Positions 9,927 through 19,325 are shown, numbered from the stretch's first letter. The stretch is 58,089 bases of DNA from Candidatus Pacearchaeota archaeon (GCA_038894195.1 JAWAPZ010000004.1:1-58089), one strand, 5' to 3'. The notes: generated by a model from the sequence alone, not told the origin. A program made the numbers and translations.

Positions 9927-10472
9927 ATGGGATTTTTTAATTGGTTATGGAAAAGTAACAGCATATTAAGCTGGGTACTCTTTTTGGTGATTATATTTGT
10001 GATAGTTAAATTTATAATTTTTCCTGTTTCTGGTTTTGTTCTTGGAACCAAGATGCCTTTTGTGATTGTAGAAAGTGGTAGTATGCACCATGAAGGAAAT
10101 CTTTCTGAGTGGTTTGCATTGCACGGTTCTTGGTACCAAGCAAATAATATATCCTATAATGAAATAAAAGAGTACTGGCCTTTCATAAATGGCTTAAACA
10201 AAGGAGATATTGTTGTTGTAAAAGGTTCAAAAGAATATAAAAAAGGCCAAGTAATTGTCTTTAGAGTAGAAGGAAAAAAAATACCAATCATCCATAGAAT
10301 AATTGCAGTAGAAAAAAGCCAAGAAACAATATATTCAACTAAAGGTGACCATAACGACGGCCAGTTACCACAAGAACTTGCAATAAAAAAGGAACAAATA
10401 ATTGGCAAAGCCATTGTAAGAATTCCTGCTCTTGGGTGGATAAAATTATTTTTTGTAGAAATTTTTAAATAA
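9927..10472 (+). CDS. signal peptidase I (S26B, Sec11-type)
   Basis: VESGSM, GDIVVV, IIHR, TKGDHN. Confidence 0.92.
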   Translation: MGFFNWLWKSNSILSWVLFLVIIFVIVKFIIFPVSGFVLGTKMPFVIVESGSMHHEGNLSEWFALHGSWYQANNISYNEIKEYWPFINGLNKGDIVVVKGSKEYKKGQVIVFRVEGKKIPIIHRIIAVEKSQETIYSTKGDHNDGQLPQELAIKKEQIIGKAIVRIPALGWIKLFFVEIFK

Positions 10473-10557
10473 TTAAAATTGCATAGTAAGATACTTACTC
10501 TTAAGTTAATCTCTTTGTTACAAAAGCTTTTTAAACCACTCTGCCTTGAAAAGCAAA

Positions 10558-10866
10558 ATGGAATTTTGTCCTAAATGTGGAACAATTCTTGTGCAAAAAG
10601 TAAAACATTTTGCTTGTCCAAAATGTAAATATATTTCAAAAAATAATATAAAACTGGTGTCTTCTGAAAAAATTCAAGAAAAAGAAAAAATAGGTATTCT
10701 TAAAGAAGAAGAGAGTAATGTTTGGCCAATAGTAAAAGAAACTTGTCCTAAATGTGGTTATGATGAAGCTTATTTTCACAGCGTTCAGATGCGTTCTGGT
10801 GATGAAGGTGAAACATCCTTCTTTAGATGTGTGAAATGCAAAAATACTTGGCGTGACTATAATTAA
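10558..10866 (+). CDS. tfs: transcription elongation factor TFS
   Basis: FCPKCG N-terminal ribbon; QMRSGDEG acidic hairpin; ATG at 10558 preferred over TTG at 10546. Confidence 0.93.
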   Translation: MEFCPKCGTILVQKVKHFACPKCKYISKNNIKLVSSEKIQEKEKIGILKEEESNVWPIVKETCPKCGYDEAYFHSVQMRSGDEGETSFFRCVKCKNTWRDYN

Positions 10867-10910
10867 TTTTTTCTAAAAATTTATAAATTATCTTCACTTG
10901 TTTCTTGAGC

Positions 10911-10999
10911 GGGCCCGTAGCTCAGCCTGGTTAGAGCACCGGCCTCTTAACAAAGATGAAGAAAGCCGGGTGTCGTGCGTTCGAATCGCATCGGGCCCG
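10911..10999 (+). tRNA. tRNA-Lys(CTT) with 14-nt intron (10950-10963)
   Basis: GGGCCCG/CGGGCCC acceptor stem, CCGGC-CT-CTT-A...A-GCCGG anticodon arm, TTCGAAT T-loop. Confidence 0.93.
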
Positions 11000-11012
11000 T
11001 TGAAAATAAAAA

Positions 11013-11378
11013 ATGCATCAAACAAATCTGGCGGAAGAGATTAACAAAACAAAATCCAAAAATTTTTTTGTGATTGTTGAAGGTAAAAATGATCTTCATG
11101 CTCTTGTTGAATTGGGTTTCAATCCAAAAAATATTTTTGTTCTAAAAAATGGAAAAAACATTCAAGAGGATATTGAGTTTATAATAAATGAACTCAAGAA
11201 GAGAAAACAAGAATGTGTTATCCTAACAGACTTAGATTCAGAAGGTAAAAAACTTTACAATATAATAAAAAATGAGCTTAGCAAAGAAGGCATTAAAATA
11301 AATAATTTTCTAAGAAAACAACTATTAAAAGAAAAAATAAGCCACATCGAAGGCCTTGCAACCTTTACACTGAAATAA
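11013..11378 (+). CDS. small TOPRIM domain protein
   Basis: VIVEGKND, ILTDLDSEG. Confidence 0.88.
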   Translation: MHQTNLAEEINKTKSKNFFVIVEGKNDLHALVELGFNPKNIFVLKNGKNIQEDIEFIINELKKRKQECVILTDLDSEGKKLYNIIKNELSKEGIKINNFLRKQLLKEKISHIEGLATFTLK

Positions 11379-11409
11379 AGCCGACTAAATAAATTCTAAC
11401 TTTTTCCAT

Positions 11410-11637
11410 TTATTTATTTTTAAAATTCTGCTTTAGATTATTGCTGCATGCACAACAAAGTGTTCTGCCTCTTTTTTTTGTAACAACGCTTAAAGCGCCA
11501 CATTCATCACATACCCCTTCCCGAGCCATCTCCTTTACTCCTATTCCTTCAAGATTCTCTAGACATTTATTAAATCTCTCTAGTTCGTCAAAATCGAATT
11601 CTAAAGGATTTTCCACAATTTTCTTACGCATTTTCAC
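11410..11637 (-). CDS. small zinc-ribbon protein
   Basis: EGVCDECG...LCCAC. Confidence 0.65.
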   Translation of the reverse strand: MKMRKKIVENPLEFDFDELERFNKCLENLEGIGVKEMAREGVCDECGALSVVTKKRGRTLCCACSNNLKQNFKNK

Positions 11638-11765
11638 CCTTGGCCTTGATGACCATAAAGTTCGAAATGAAACCCATATATATATCTAATGGATATATAA
11701 TATATACAGTATATGCTTGAAAAATCAATACCCTCAGAATTTAGTTAGATTTCTGCAGACTTTGC

Positions 11766-13226
11766 CTATTCTTTGTCAATTTCTTTATAATTCGTTAGTA
11801 AATTTAAACTTTTCCAAAGATCTTTACTAATCAAATTTTCATGATATAGAATATTTGAAACTTTTTGTATATGTGAATTGTACATATTGAATCGTCTCTC
11901 AAGGTCAAATTTTTCTACTTGATTGTAAGTGTTGGAATGGTGTCTCAGAATTCCTGATATTGAACCAGCTGCAAATATTGATCTATCTAAATCGACTAGT
12001 TTATATTTTTTTTGGATAGACAAACTGTCTTTTAAATTTTTAAGCTCTAAACTATTTTTACGTAGACTATTAGAGGTTATATCATCTAACCCACAAAATA
12101 GTTTTAAATGTGTAAGATAATCTACCACATCCGAAAACCAAGGACCTTTTGAACATCTATATAGATCTACAAGATATATTTTAGGATTTTTGTAATCTTC
12201 ATTACCCACCAACATGTTTCCTGGATGGCAATCTCCTTGGATTATAGTTATATCTTCTCTAGACTCGTAAATTGGTGCAATAACTTCTTCAATGTAAGAG
12301 TCCAAAATTTCATTTCTCAAAAATTTGAGAGTATTATTTTTAAGAGCTATGTTTTCTAGTTTAGAAATAAATTCTTCTTTTAAGTTGTCTATGTTTGGAT
12401 CTTTTGGCATGGCCTCCTTGTTAAATTTTGCCTTCTTTGCGTTCTCTTGTAATTTAATTATTGCTTCCAATCCATGGTGTATTAATTTATCCCTTATCAT
12501 TCCAGGTTTGTAAAAATCGTCATTTTCATACTTGTACTGGCCGTGATAGATAAATCTTGTTTCCGGTAAACCACGAGTCAAGGTCAGTTTGTGGTTATTA
12601 GTTCCAGAGTCACCTTTATTATTACCTGTAGAAATAAATCCCAAACTAATTAAATAATCAAGAATTAAAGAATTTTTTTCTCTGTTATTTCCTAGATTAT
12701 TTAAAAGTTCATCTTTTGTTACTGGTTGTATGTTAACAAATCTTTTCAAAACTTCTTTTTCGTCTGGTTCTAACTCACGCAGAATCTTCCCCAAAATACA
12801 CCCCCCTAAATAATAAGTTATTTGAACTATAGGTAAAGAACTATCTGAGTCCAGATTAGGTGGTTGAAAATAAAGAACCCGTGGAACTGGAGATTCTGAC
12901 ACTCTGGACACGGCATATAGACGCTCTCCCTCCAAGATGCACCTTTCTCTACGATTTACCCCGGTGGAGTCTACAGTAGAAAAATAATTTTTGAACCATA
13001 TCTCCAAGGTCTTCTCCTCTAAGACCGGCCCCTTACCTATTTTAACGGTTAGTCTGCACGGAACACCAAAAGAACGATACCCAGAAACAAATGGGCCAAG
13101 AAATTCTATATTTTGAATAGTTATCTTTCTTTTTTCCCCAAACTCTTGTGAAAGGAAGGAAGGCCCTCTTGACCTCAAAAATTCTTCTATATCTTCTTTT
13201 CTAGTGAGTAACTTTGGCGCTTCCAT
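11766..13226 (-). CDS. APH/choline kinase-like phosphotransferase
   Basis: PVPRVL, QGDCHPGNMLV (Brenner-type motif), LVDL. Confidence 0.75.
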   Translation of the reverse strand: MEAPKLLTRKEDIEEFLRSRGPSFLSQEFGEKRKITIQNIEFLGPFVSGYRSFGVPCRLTVKIGKGPVLEEKTLEIWFKNYFSTVDSTGVNRRERCILEGERLYAVSRVSESPVPRVLYFQPPNLDSDSSLPIVQITYYLGGCILGKILRELEPDEKEVLKRFVNIQPVTKDELLNNLGNNREKNSLILDYLISLGFISTGNNKGDSGTNNHKLTLTRGLPETRFIYHGQYKYENDDFYKPGMIRDKLIHHGLEAIIKLQENAKKAKFNKEAMPKDPNIDNLKEEFISKLENIALKNNTLKFLRNEILDSYIEEVIAPIYESREDITIIQGDCHPGNMLVGNEDYKNPKIYLVDLYRCSKGPWFSDVVDYLTHLKLFCGLDDITSNSLRKNSLELKNLKDSLSIQKKYKLVDLDRSIFAAGSISGILRHHSNTYNQVEKFDLERRFNMYNSHIQKVSNILYHENLISKDLWKSLNLLTNYKEIDKE

Positions 13227-13227
13227 C

Positions 13228-14199
13228 TTAACTATAAATCCTCCTAGCTATAGCATGCGTCCCTCTTGCTATATTTTTAAGCTGTTCGCAGATTTCTGGA
13301 ACTCTTTTTTTGTCCCAGTATTTTTCAGAAAGCAGTTTGCATCGTTTTTTTATTTCATCCTTTCGTGTACCAAGCTGTAATGCTAATTTAACATCATTTG
13401 AGTGCCTCGCTTTCATGACCTGCAAATAGGTTTTTTCGAGCTCAGTAAAAATGTCAAGTATTTGTTTTTTAATTTTAGGGTCTTTAAGCATTTTACTCCT
13501 TTGCAACACTTCTGCAATTTCTTTTATTCGGTCCCCAACAAATTCAAGATTAAAATTTGTATGCCAAGATTCAAAAATTTCAGTAAGTTTAGAATTCTTC
13601 ACCAAGAAAGGATTTTCTAATCTTTCTTTCAAAATTTTGTGTGAAAGAAAAAACAAACTATTTAATTCTTCGTCTCGTGTGATAATTTCTTCCATTTCTC
13701 TTTCGGAAAAGTCTCCATCTCTAATCATTTGGATCATATCATGAAAAAGAGACCTAACCATCACATCAATTTTTGTGGTTATTTCTTTAAAATTAATTGT
13801 TTCTGGGTCAAGAAAAACTTTTGCTGTAACCTCTGTTCTTGTCTGATTTACAATTTCCATCGCAATTAAGTTCCTTATGATTGTTTTTATAGCTCTTAAC
13901 TTAGAACCAATTTCTTTACCTATTAACTTAACAGTTGAGTAATTATTCAGATACGCTGCAATTATTTCCCTTCTTAATTTTTCCATATTTTTCCCATCAG
14001 CAGAAATTGTAGTTTCCTTTTCAACTTTTTCTTGGTTTTTTTCATGCGGCTGTACAACTAAATTGTCATTTTCATTTTTTGTTAAATAAACCAAATCTCC
14101 TTTCCCAAGTTTATTTTTATCTATCCACTCCTTTGGAAGAGAGATTACATAAGAAGAATTCCCAAAATGGATTAACTTTCTAACTTCATTTTTTGCCAT
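13228..14199 (-). CDS. phoU: phosphate uptake regulator (AbrB-PhoU fusion)
   Basis: RKLIHFGNSSYVISLPKEW AbrB domain, RDEELN, NLEFVGD. Confidence 0.88.
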   Translation of the reverse strand: MAKNEVRKLIHFGNSSYVISLPKEWIDKNKLGKGDLVYLTKNENDNLVVQPHEKNQEKVEKETTISADGKNMEKLRREIIAAYLNNYSTVKLIGKEIGSKLRAIKTIIRNLIAMEIVNQTRTEVTAKVFLDPETINFKEITTKIDVMVRSLFHDMIQMIRDGDFSEREMEEIITRDEELNSLFFLSHKILKERLENPFLVKNSKLTEIFESWHTNFNLEFVGDRIKEIAEVLQRSKMLKDPKIKKQILDIFTELEKTYLQVMKARHSNDVKLALQLGTRKDEIKKRCKLLSEKYWDKKRVPEICEQLKNIARGTHAIARRIYS

Positions 14200-14208
14200 T
14201 TCCCTTAG

Positions 14209-14250
14209 CCCCTATATATGATATATATACTTTAGATTTATAAGGTTTCA
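14209..14250 (-). promoter_or_regulatory. phoU promoter with putative operator repeats
   Basis: Minus strand GAAACC-TTATAAAT (BRE/TATA), then GTATATATATCATATATAGG before the start codon. Confidence 0.45.
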
Positions 14251-14416
14251 CTAAGCTTTATAAATTTTTCTCTTTAGCAGTACATACAATATATCGAATG
14301 AAAAATAATTTTCTTTTTGGCTAGAGCGTTGAGTTAGTAAAGAATTCATTCTTTTGTTAGCCAAAGCTACCAGCACAATTAATGATGTATTGTCCTAACA
14401 AAACAATAATCAAGAA

Positions 14417-15013
14417 TTAAGTGAAAGGAAGTAATTTAATTGTTCTTTTCTTGCAATTCTCGCACAGATACCTGTCTTCAACTTTATACAACAAATCATA
14501 AACACCACACTCATGACAAGGACCTTCACGAACCCATTTCATCTCATCAACAGCCCTCACACGTTTCTTTTTCTCCCGTTCTTCAGCAATTCTAATTCTT
14601 TGAGCAGAGATAGCCGATAACGCAGGCTCTATTTTCAAAATATCTTTCATAGTTACTAATCCAATAACATTTTTTTTCACAACAACGGGGAGCCATCTTA
14701 TCCTTTTCCTTTTCATTAATTTAAGTGCCTTAACTATATCTTTGCTTGGACCTATTGTGACAACATGCTTGGTCATTATTTTGCTAACGCGATCTGTTAG
14801 CTTTATTCCTCGAGAAATCCCTCGGATTATATCACCTTCTGTTAAAACTCCACGAAGTTGTTGACCTTCTTTTATGATCATTGAACTCACATGTCCCTTA
14901 GTCATCATTTTTGCACAATAAATAATACTTGTATTTGGCCTGACTGCAAGAAAATTTCTTGTCATAATATCACCAACTTTTATTCTTGTCATATCCTTGT
15001 CTAGAATTTTCAT
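14417..15013 (-). CDS. CBS-pair protein with C-terminal zinc ribbon
   Basis: VGDIMTR, GVLTEGDI, RWLPVV; CHECG...LCENC. Confidence 0.9.
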   Translation of the reverse strand: MKILDKDMTRIKVGDIMTRNFLAVRPNTSIIYCAKMMTKGHVSSMIIKEGQQLRGVLTEGDIIRGISRGIKLTDRVSKIMTKHVVTIGPSKDIVKALKLMKRKRIRWLPVVVKKNVIGLVTMKDILKIEPALSAISAQRIRIAEEREKKKRVRAVDEMKWVREGPCHECGVYDLLYKVEDRYLCENCKKRTIKLLPFT

Positions 15014-15040
15014 TTTAAATACTTTTGGTTTTCGGTTCTC

Positions 15041-15541
15041 TCAAAGATTTTTCCTCTTTTTTAAAGCATCACTAACATCCTCTTTGGTAAGCACCACAGT
15101 TTCCTTACCATTTGTGCTAACTATTTTTTCTATCCTTGAATTTAGTATAATCCGTTTACATCTTATGCACGGAATATAAAGTTTTTCAGCTTCTTCTTTC
15201 TGATCTCTAGGGTAAAATTCTAAAATTCCACTACTATATAAATAAAGCGTGCTACCTAAAATACTTGCACCACTTCTTGCAGCATTCACCACGAGATTTT
15301 CCTATGCATGAACTGCACGACAAATATCATAACGTTTTCCAGGAGGAATTTTCAACTTATTCCCTAAACAAATTCCTGTTTCAATGCAATTTTTTTCATT
15401 TCTAGGTGAACCATTGTATCCTGTGCTTATTATAACATCATCTTTAACTGCAATAGCTCCTACTTTTCTCCTTATGCAAGTGCTTCTTCCAGAAACAGCC
15501 TTTGCTATATTCAGATAGTACTCCTCTTTAGCTGGCCTCAT
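15041..15541 (-). pseudogene. dCMP deaminase interrupted by one in-frame TAG
   Basis: RSTC, VGA, TGYNG, AVHA*ENLVVNAAR, PCIRC all in one frame; TAG at 15304-15302. Confidence 0.88.
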
Positions 15542-15705
15542 TTAGTGCTAAATTCAAAGAACTATAAAAGTTTTATTATACTCCAGTAAAAGAGAAAACT
15601 TTTTAAATACTATTTTTAATAATAAATAATAACAAATAATAAGGCTAAGTAAGCATTTTTAAAGCTAACTTAAAAAGTCATAAAATAGTATATCATTTAA
15701 CAAAA

Positions 15706-17346
15706 ATGGCAGAGAAACAACCAGTTTATATTTTGCCTGAGAATGTTCAAAGATTGTTAGGAAGAGATGCTCAAAGGAATAACATTCTTGCAGCAAGATT
15801 AGTTGCTGAAACAGTCAAAACAACTTTGGGCCCTAAAGGAATGGACAAAATGTTAGTTGATAGCATAGGAGATATTACAGTAACAAATGATGGTGTCACA
15901 ATTCTTGAAGAAATGGAAATAGAGCATCCAGCAGCAAAGATGGTTGTTGAAATTGCCAAAACTCAAGAATCTGAAGTAGGTGACGGAACAACAACAGCTG
16001 TGATAATTGCAGGTAAGCTTCTAGAAAATGCTGAAAAGCTTCTTGATGAAAAGATTCATCCAACCGTTATTGCTCGTGGTTATAGAATCGCTGCTGAAAA
16101 AGCCCAGCAAATTGCAAAGAATATTGCTATTAAATTATCTGAAAATCAAGAAGATTTACTAAAACAAGTTAGCATGACTGCTATGGTCGGCAAGGGCGCA
16201 GAAGTCGCAAAAGAAAAACTTGCAGATATAGTAATAAAAGCTGTAAAAAAAGTTATGGAAAAAACAGAAGAAGGAATAATAATTGATAGAAATAATATAA
16301 AATTAGAAAAGAAAAAAGGTGCTGGTGTGGAAGACACTGAACTTATCGAAGGTATTGTCATTGATAAGGCAAGAGTGCATTCCGACATGCCGAGTCAAGT
16401 CAAAAAAGCCAAAATCGCCTTACTTGACTGTGCTCTTGAAATTAAAAGCCCAGAGACTGATACTAAAATCTCCATAACAAGTCCAGATCAGTTTCAAGCA
16501 TTCATGGACCAAGAAGAAAGAATGCTAAAAGAGATGGTCGAAAAGATTAAAAAATCTGGCGCAAAAGTTGTTCTATGTCAAAAAGGTATAGACGACATTG
16601 CTCAGTACTATTTAACTAAAGAAAAAATATTTGCAGCTCGAAGAATAAAAAGAGATGATATGGAAAAACTTGCAAAAGCAACTGGTGCTAAAATAGTAAG
16701 TAATCTTAATGAACTAGGCGAACAAGATCTTGGGTATGCTGAAATTGTTAAAGAAGTAAAAGAAGGTGATGATGAAGGTATGACTTACATAATGGGATGC
16801 ACAAATCCTAAAGCTTTAACAATACTAATTCGTGGTGGGACAGAGCATGTTATAGATGAATTTGAAAGAGCTATTAAAGATGGCATTGGTGGTGTTTCAG
16901 TTGCCTTAGAAAAAGGTTTAATAGTGGCCGGCGGTGGTGCAACTGAAATGGAGATTGCAAAAAAAATTCGCGAATTTTCTCATACTATTTCAGGTCGTGA
17001 GCAACTAGCAATAAATGCATTCGCGGATGCGCTAGAGATTATCCCAAGAACAATTGCTGAAAATGCAGGCCTAGATCCTATTGATATTCTAACAGAACTT
17101 AAGTCACGCCATGACAAAGGCGAAACATTTGCAGGACTAGATGTATCGTCAAGTGCAAAAAATTCTGGAGAGATTTGTGATACATTAAAGCGAGGAATTA
17201 TAGAACCTCTTGAAATAAAAATCCAGGCAATAAAATCGGCAAGCGAAGTTGCTATGATGATATTAAGAATAGATGATGTTATAGCATCGAGTAGAGCTGG
17301 ATCAAGCACACCCAGCACGCCACCAACAGAAATGCCCGAGTACTAA
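15706..17346 (+). CDS. ths: thermosome subunit (group II chaperonin)
   Basis: [24 protein letters not shown]. Confidence 0.97.
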   Translation: MAEKQPVYILPENVQRLLGRDAQRNNILAARLVAETVKTTLGPKGMDKMLVDSIGDITVTNDGVTILEEMEIEHPAAKMVVEIAKTQESEVGDGTTTAVIIAGKLLENAEKLLDEKIHPTVIARGYRIAAEKAQQIAKNIAIKLSENQEDLLKQVSMTAMVGKGAEVAKEKLADIVIKAVKKVMEKTEEGIIIDRNNIKLEKKKGAGVEDTELIEGIVIDKARVHSDMPSQVKKAKIALLDCALEIKSPETDTKISITSPDQFQAFMDQEERMLKEMVEKIKKSGAKVVLCQKGIDDIAQYYLTKEKIFAARRIKRDDMEKLAKATGAKIVSNLNELGEQDLGYAEIVKEVKEGDDEGMTYIMGCTNPKALTILIRGGTEHVIDEFERAIKDGIGGVSVALEKGLIVAGGGATEMEIAKKIREFSHTISGREQLAINAFADALEIIPRTIAENAGLDPIDILTELKSRHDKGETFAGLDVSSSAKNSGEICDTLKRGIIEPLEIKIQAIKSASEVAMMILRIDDVIASSRAGSSTPSTPPTEMPEY

Positions 17347-17353
17347 TTCTAAA

Positions 17354-17662
17354 ATGGCGGAAAGCAATGTTGGTTTAAAAAACTTCGTTTATAAGTTATG
17401 TGATTTTAAAAATTCTTTCTTAAAAAAAACTGCCGCTTACAAACAAGGTGTTAACGACGCTCGCAAAATGTTGGAATTTTATCAAATCCTACAAAAAGGA
17501 GGTACGTTGCCAGAAATAACTTCAGCATATCAAACTCTTAAAACTTTAAATTTTGAAACATCAATCAAATGCTTTATTAACCCTTTTTATTTATTGGGAT
17601 TTATGGCAGTAGATTTAAGAGAAGTAAGACGCACTTTAGATTCTGTTTTGTTAATTGATTAG
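17354..17662 (+). CDS. hypothetical protein
   Basis: 102-aa ORF directly after the thermosome gene. Confidence 0.6.
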   Translation: MAESNVGLKNFVYKLCDFKNSFLKKTAAYKQGVNDARKMLEFYQILQKGGTLPEITSAYQTLKTLNFETSIKCFINPFYLLGFMAVDLREVRRTLDSVLLID

Positions 17663-17720
17663 AAAGATTTTTTAAACCCTCTTTCTTTAAGGAAAATTGT
17701 AAGAAACCTAAGTTCCTTAT

Positions 17721-17910
17721 GCGCCAGTAGTCTAGTAGTTAGGACACGTCCCTGCCAAATAAGGAACACATTTCCTTATCAACCTTTGGAAAATAAGGAA
17801 CACATTTCCTTATCAACCTTTGGAAAATAAGGAACACATTTCCTTATCAACCTTTAAATTTTAGAGGGCGTGGAACGGACGCAACCCGGGTGCGAATCCC
17901 GGCTGGCGCA
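17721..17910 (+). tRNA. tRNA-Gly(GCC) with 118-nt intron (17758-17875)
   Basis: GCGCCAG/CTGGCGC acceptor stem, CGTCC-CT-GCC-A...C-GGACG anticodon arm, CCGGG-TGCGAAT-CCCGG T-arm. Confidence 0.92.
17758..17875 (+). repeat. tandem 34-bp hairpin repeat inside tRNA-Gly intron (34+34+50 nt)
   Basis: AATAAGGAACACATTTCCTTATCAACCTTTGGAA twice, then a third copy with 16 extra nt before TGGAA. Confidence 0.95.
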
Positions 17911-17948
17911 TGCATAACTTTTAAAAATATTCTTTTTCTGGCTTTTTA

Positions 17949-18434
17949 ATGAACTACTACTATTTTGCTGGAAGAATGTATAAAAAAAATAATTTTGATA
18001 GTAATTTCAAAAATTTTGTACGTGTAAGAGAAGAAGAAAAAATAATTAAAAGTTTAGCAGGCATGGCAAGGGATGGTGTACTGTTAATTTATGAGTCTGA
18101 TTTTCCGCTATATCTTAAAAATGCAGAAGCTGGCCCAGGAAAAACAATAGATTTCATTTTAGATGATGAAACTTATTATCCTAGTTGGCACGGCCCATGC
18201 AAACTCGCTTGCCTTACTGTGAGATTATTAATAAATAAAACAAAAATAATTAACTCAGAAACAAACGTCGTGCCAAAAGGGCTTTTATTCTTGAATGATG
18301 GGCAACACCAAGGGTTCTTCAGAGAAAATGGGAGGATTATCTGGAGACCTTATGAAAAATGGTTTTTCCTTGTCTCAAAAGAAGAGTATAGTAAATTAAA
18401 CAGAGCAATCCAAGCCGAACTGCTACGCCTATAA
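17949..18434 (+). CDS. hypothetical protein
   Basis: 161-aa ORF. Confidence 0.65.
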   Translation: MNYYYFAGRMYKKNNFDSNFKNFVRVREEEKIIKSLAGMARDGVLLIYESDFPLYLKNAEAGPGKTIDFILDDETYYPSWHGPCKLACLTVRLLINKTKIINSETNVVPKGLLFLNDGQHQGFFRENGRIIWRPYEKWFFLVSKEEYSKLNRAIQAELLRL

Positions 18435-18501
18435 AACTGAAGCATGCTTAACAAAATATTTAAATCCATATTTCTACTTTTATAGAAAGAGAAATGCGAA
18501 A

Positions 18502-19008
18502 ATGTCTGAAATTTATCCTGTCTATGAAACAAAAATACTACACTCTGGAATTTTTGATTTTAAAAATGTTTATAACTTTATTTTTGAGTGGCTCCGTTCT
18601 TTGGAATATGTTATAATTGAACAGAAATACTCTGAAAAAATAAAACCAGAGGGGAAAGAAATTGAAATAAGTTGGCTATGCCTAAGAGAGATAAACGATT
18701 ATTTTAGATTTAGAATCAAGTTAGGATTGAGAATTCTAAAGATGGTAGATGTAGAAGTTACAGAGGATGGGGTGAAAATAAAAAAGAATAAAGGCGACAT
18801 GGAACTAAAATTTTCAGGTTTTTTAGAAAAAGATTATGAAAATAAATGGGAATCAAACCCAATATCAAAATTCTTACGTGGTCTTTATGATAAATACATA
18901 ATAAAAACAAAGATAGATTCCTACGAAGATAAGCTTGCAGAAGAAGTGAATGAAACTTCAGAACAAATTAAAGCTTATCTTTCCTTAGAAGGTAGAAAAG
19001 GGTTCTAA
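18502..19008 (+). CDS. hypothetical protein
   Basis: 168-aa ORF with typical codon usage; resembles conserved DPANN hypotheticals. Confidence 0.8.
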   Translation: MSEIYPVYETKILHSGIFDFKNVYNFIFEWLRSLEYVIIEQKYSEKIKPEGKEIEISWLCLREINDYFRFRIKLGLRILKMVDVEVTEDGVKIKKNKGDMELKFSGFLEKDYENKWESNPISKFLRGLYDKYIIKTKIDSYEDKLAEEVNETSEQIKAYLSLEGRKGF

Positions 19009-19325
19009 ATTTTTTTGATCATCTCACGTAAATTTTTAAGTTCTTCTTCGTATGTTTTTGGTTTTTGAACCTCTTCCTGCAATTCTTTGATTTTTGGTAC
19101 TACAGTCTCCGGAACTTTAGGTAACAAGTTTCTTAGCTTAAAAAAATCTCCTTCCAATTCTGTTAAAAGAATCCTTAAATTAGCAAGCTCCTTGGCGTAG
19201 TTTTCAGCTTTTTTTATGAATTCTCTTGAATCATTTGAAATTTCAAGAACATCTGATTTAATTTTCTTTAAAGATTGCTGAGACTCAAAAATTTCCCCGC
19301 TATAAACCCTTATAAAAACAGACAT
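19005..19325 (-). CDS. coiled-coil hypothetical protein
   Basis: Heptad-rich E/K/L sequence. Confidence 0.7.
   Translation of the reverse strand: MSVFIRVYSGEIFESQQSLKKIKSDVLEISNDSREFIKKAENYAKELANLRILLTELEGDFFKLRNLLPKVPETVVPKIKELQEEVQKPKTYEEELKNLREMIKKI

Noticed and set aside
15302-15304. Genome-wide TAG reassignment or pyrrolysine
   Set aside because: eif2g, lysS and rtcB end in TAG at their expected C-termini; no pyl genes or CTA-anticodon tRNA were seen.
17757-17855. 34-bp palindromic repeats as a CRISPR array
   Set aside because: Units are contiguous with no unique spacers, lie inside a tRNA intron, and no cas genes are in the window.
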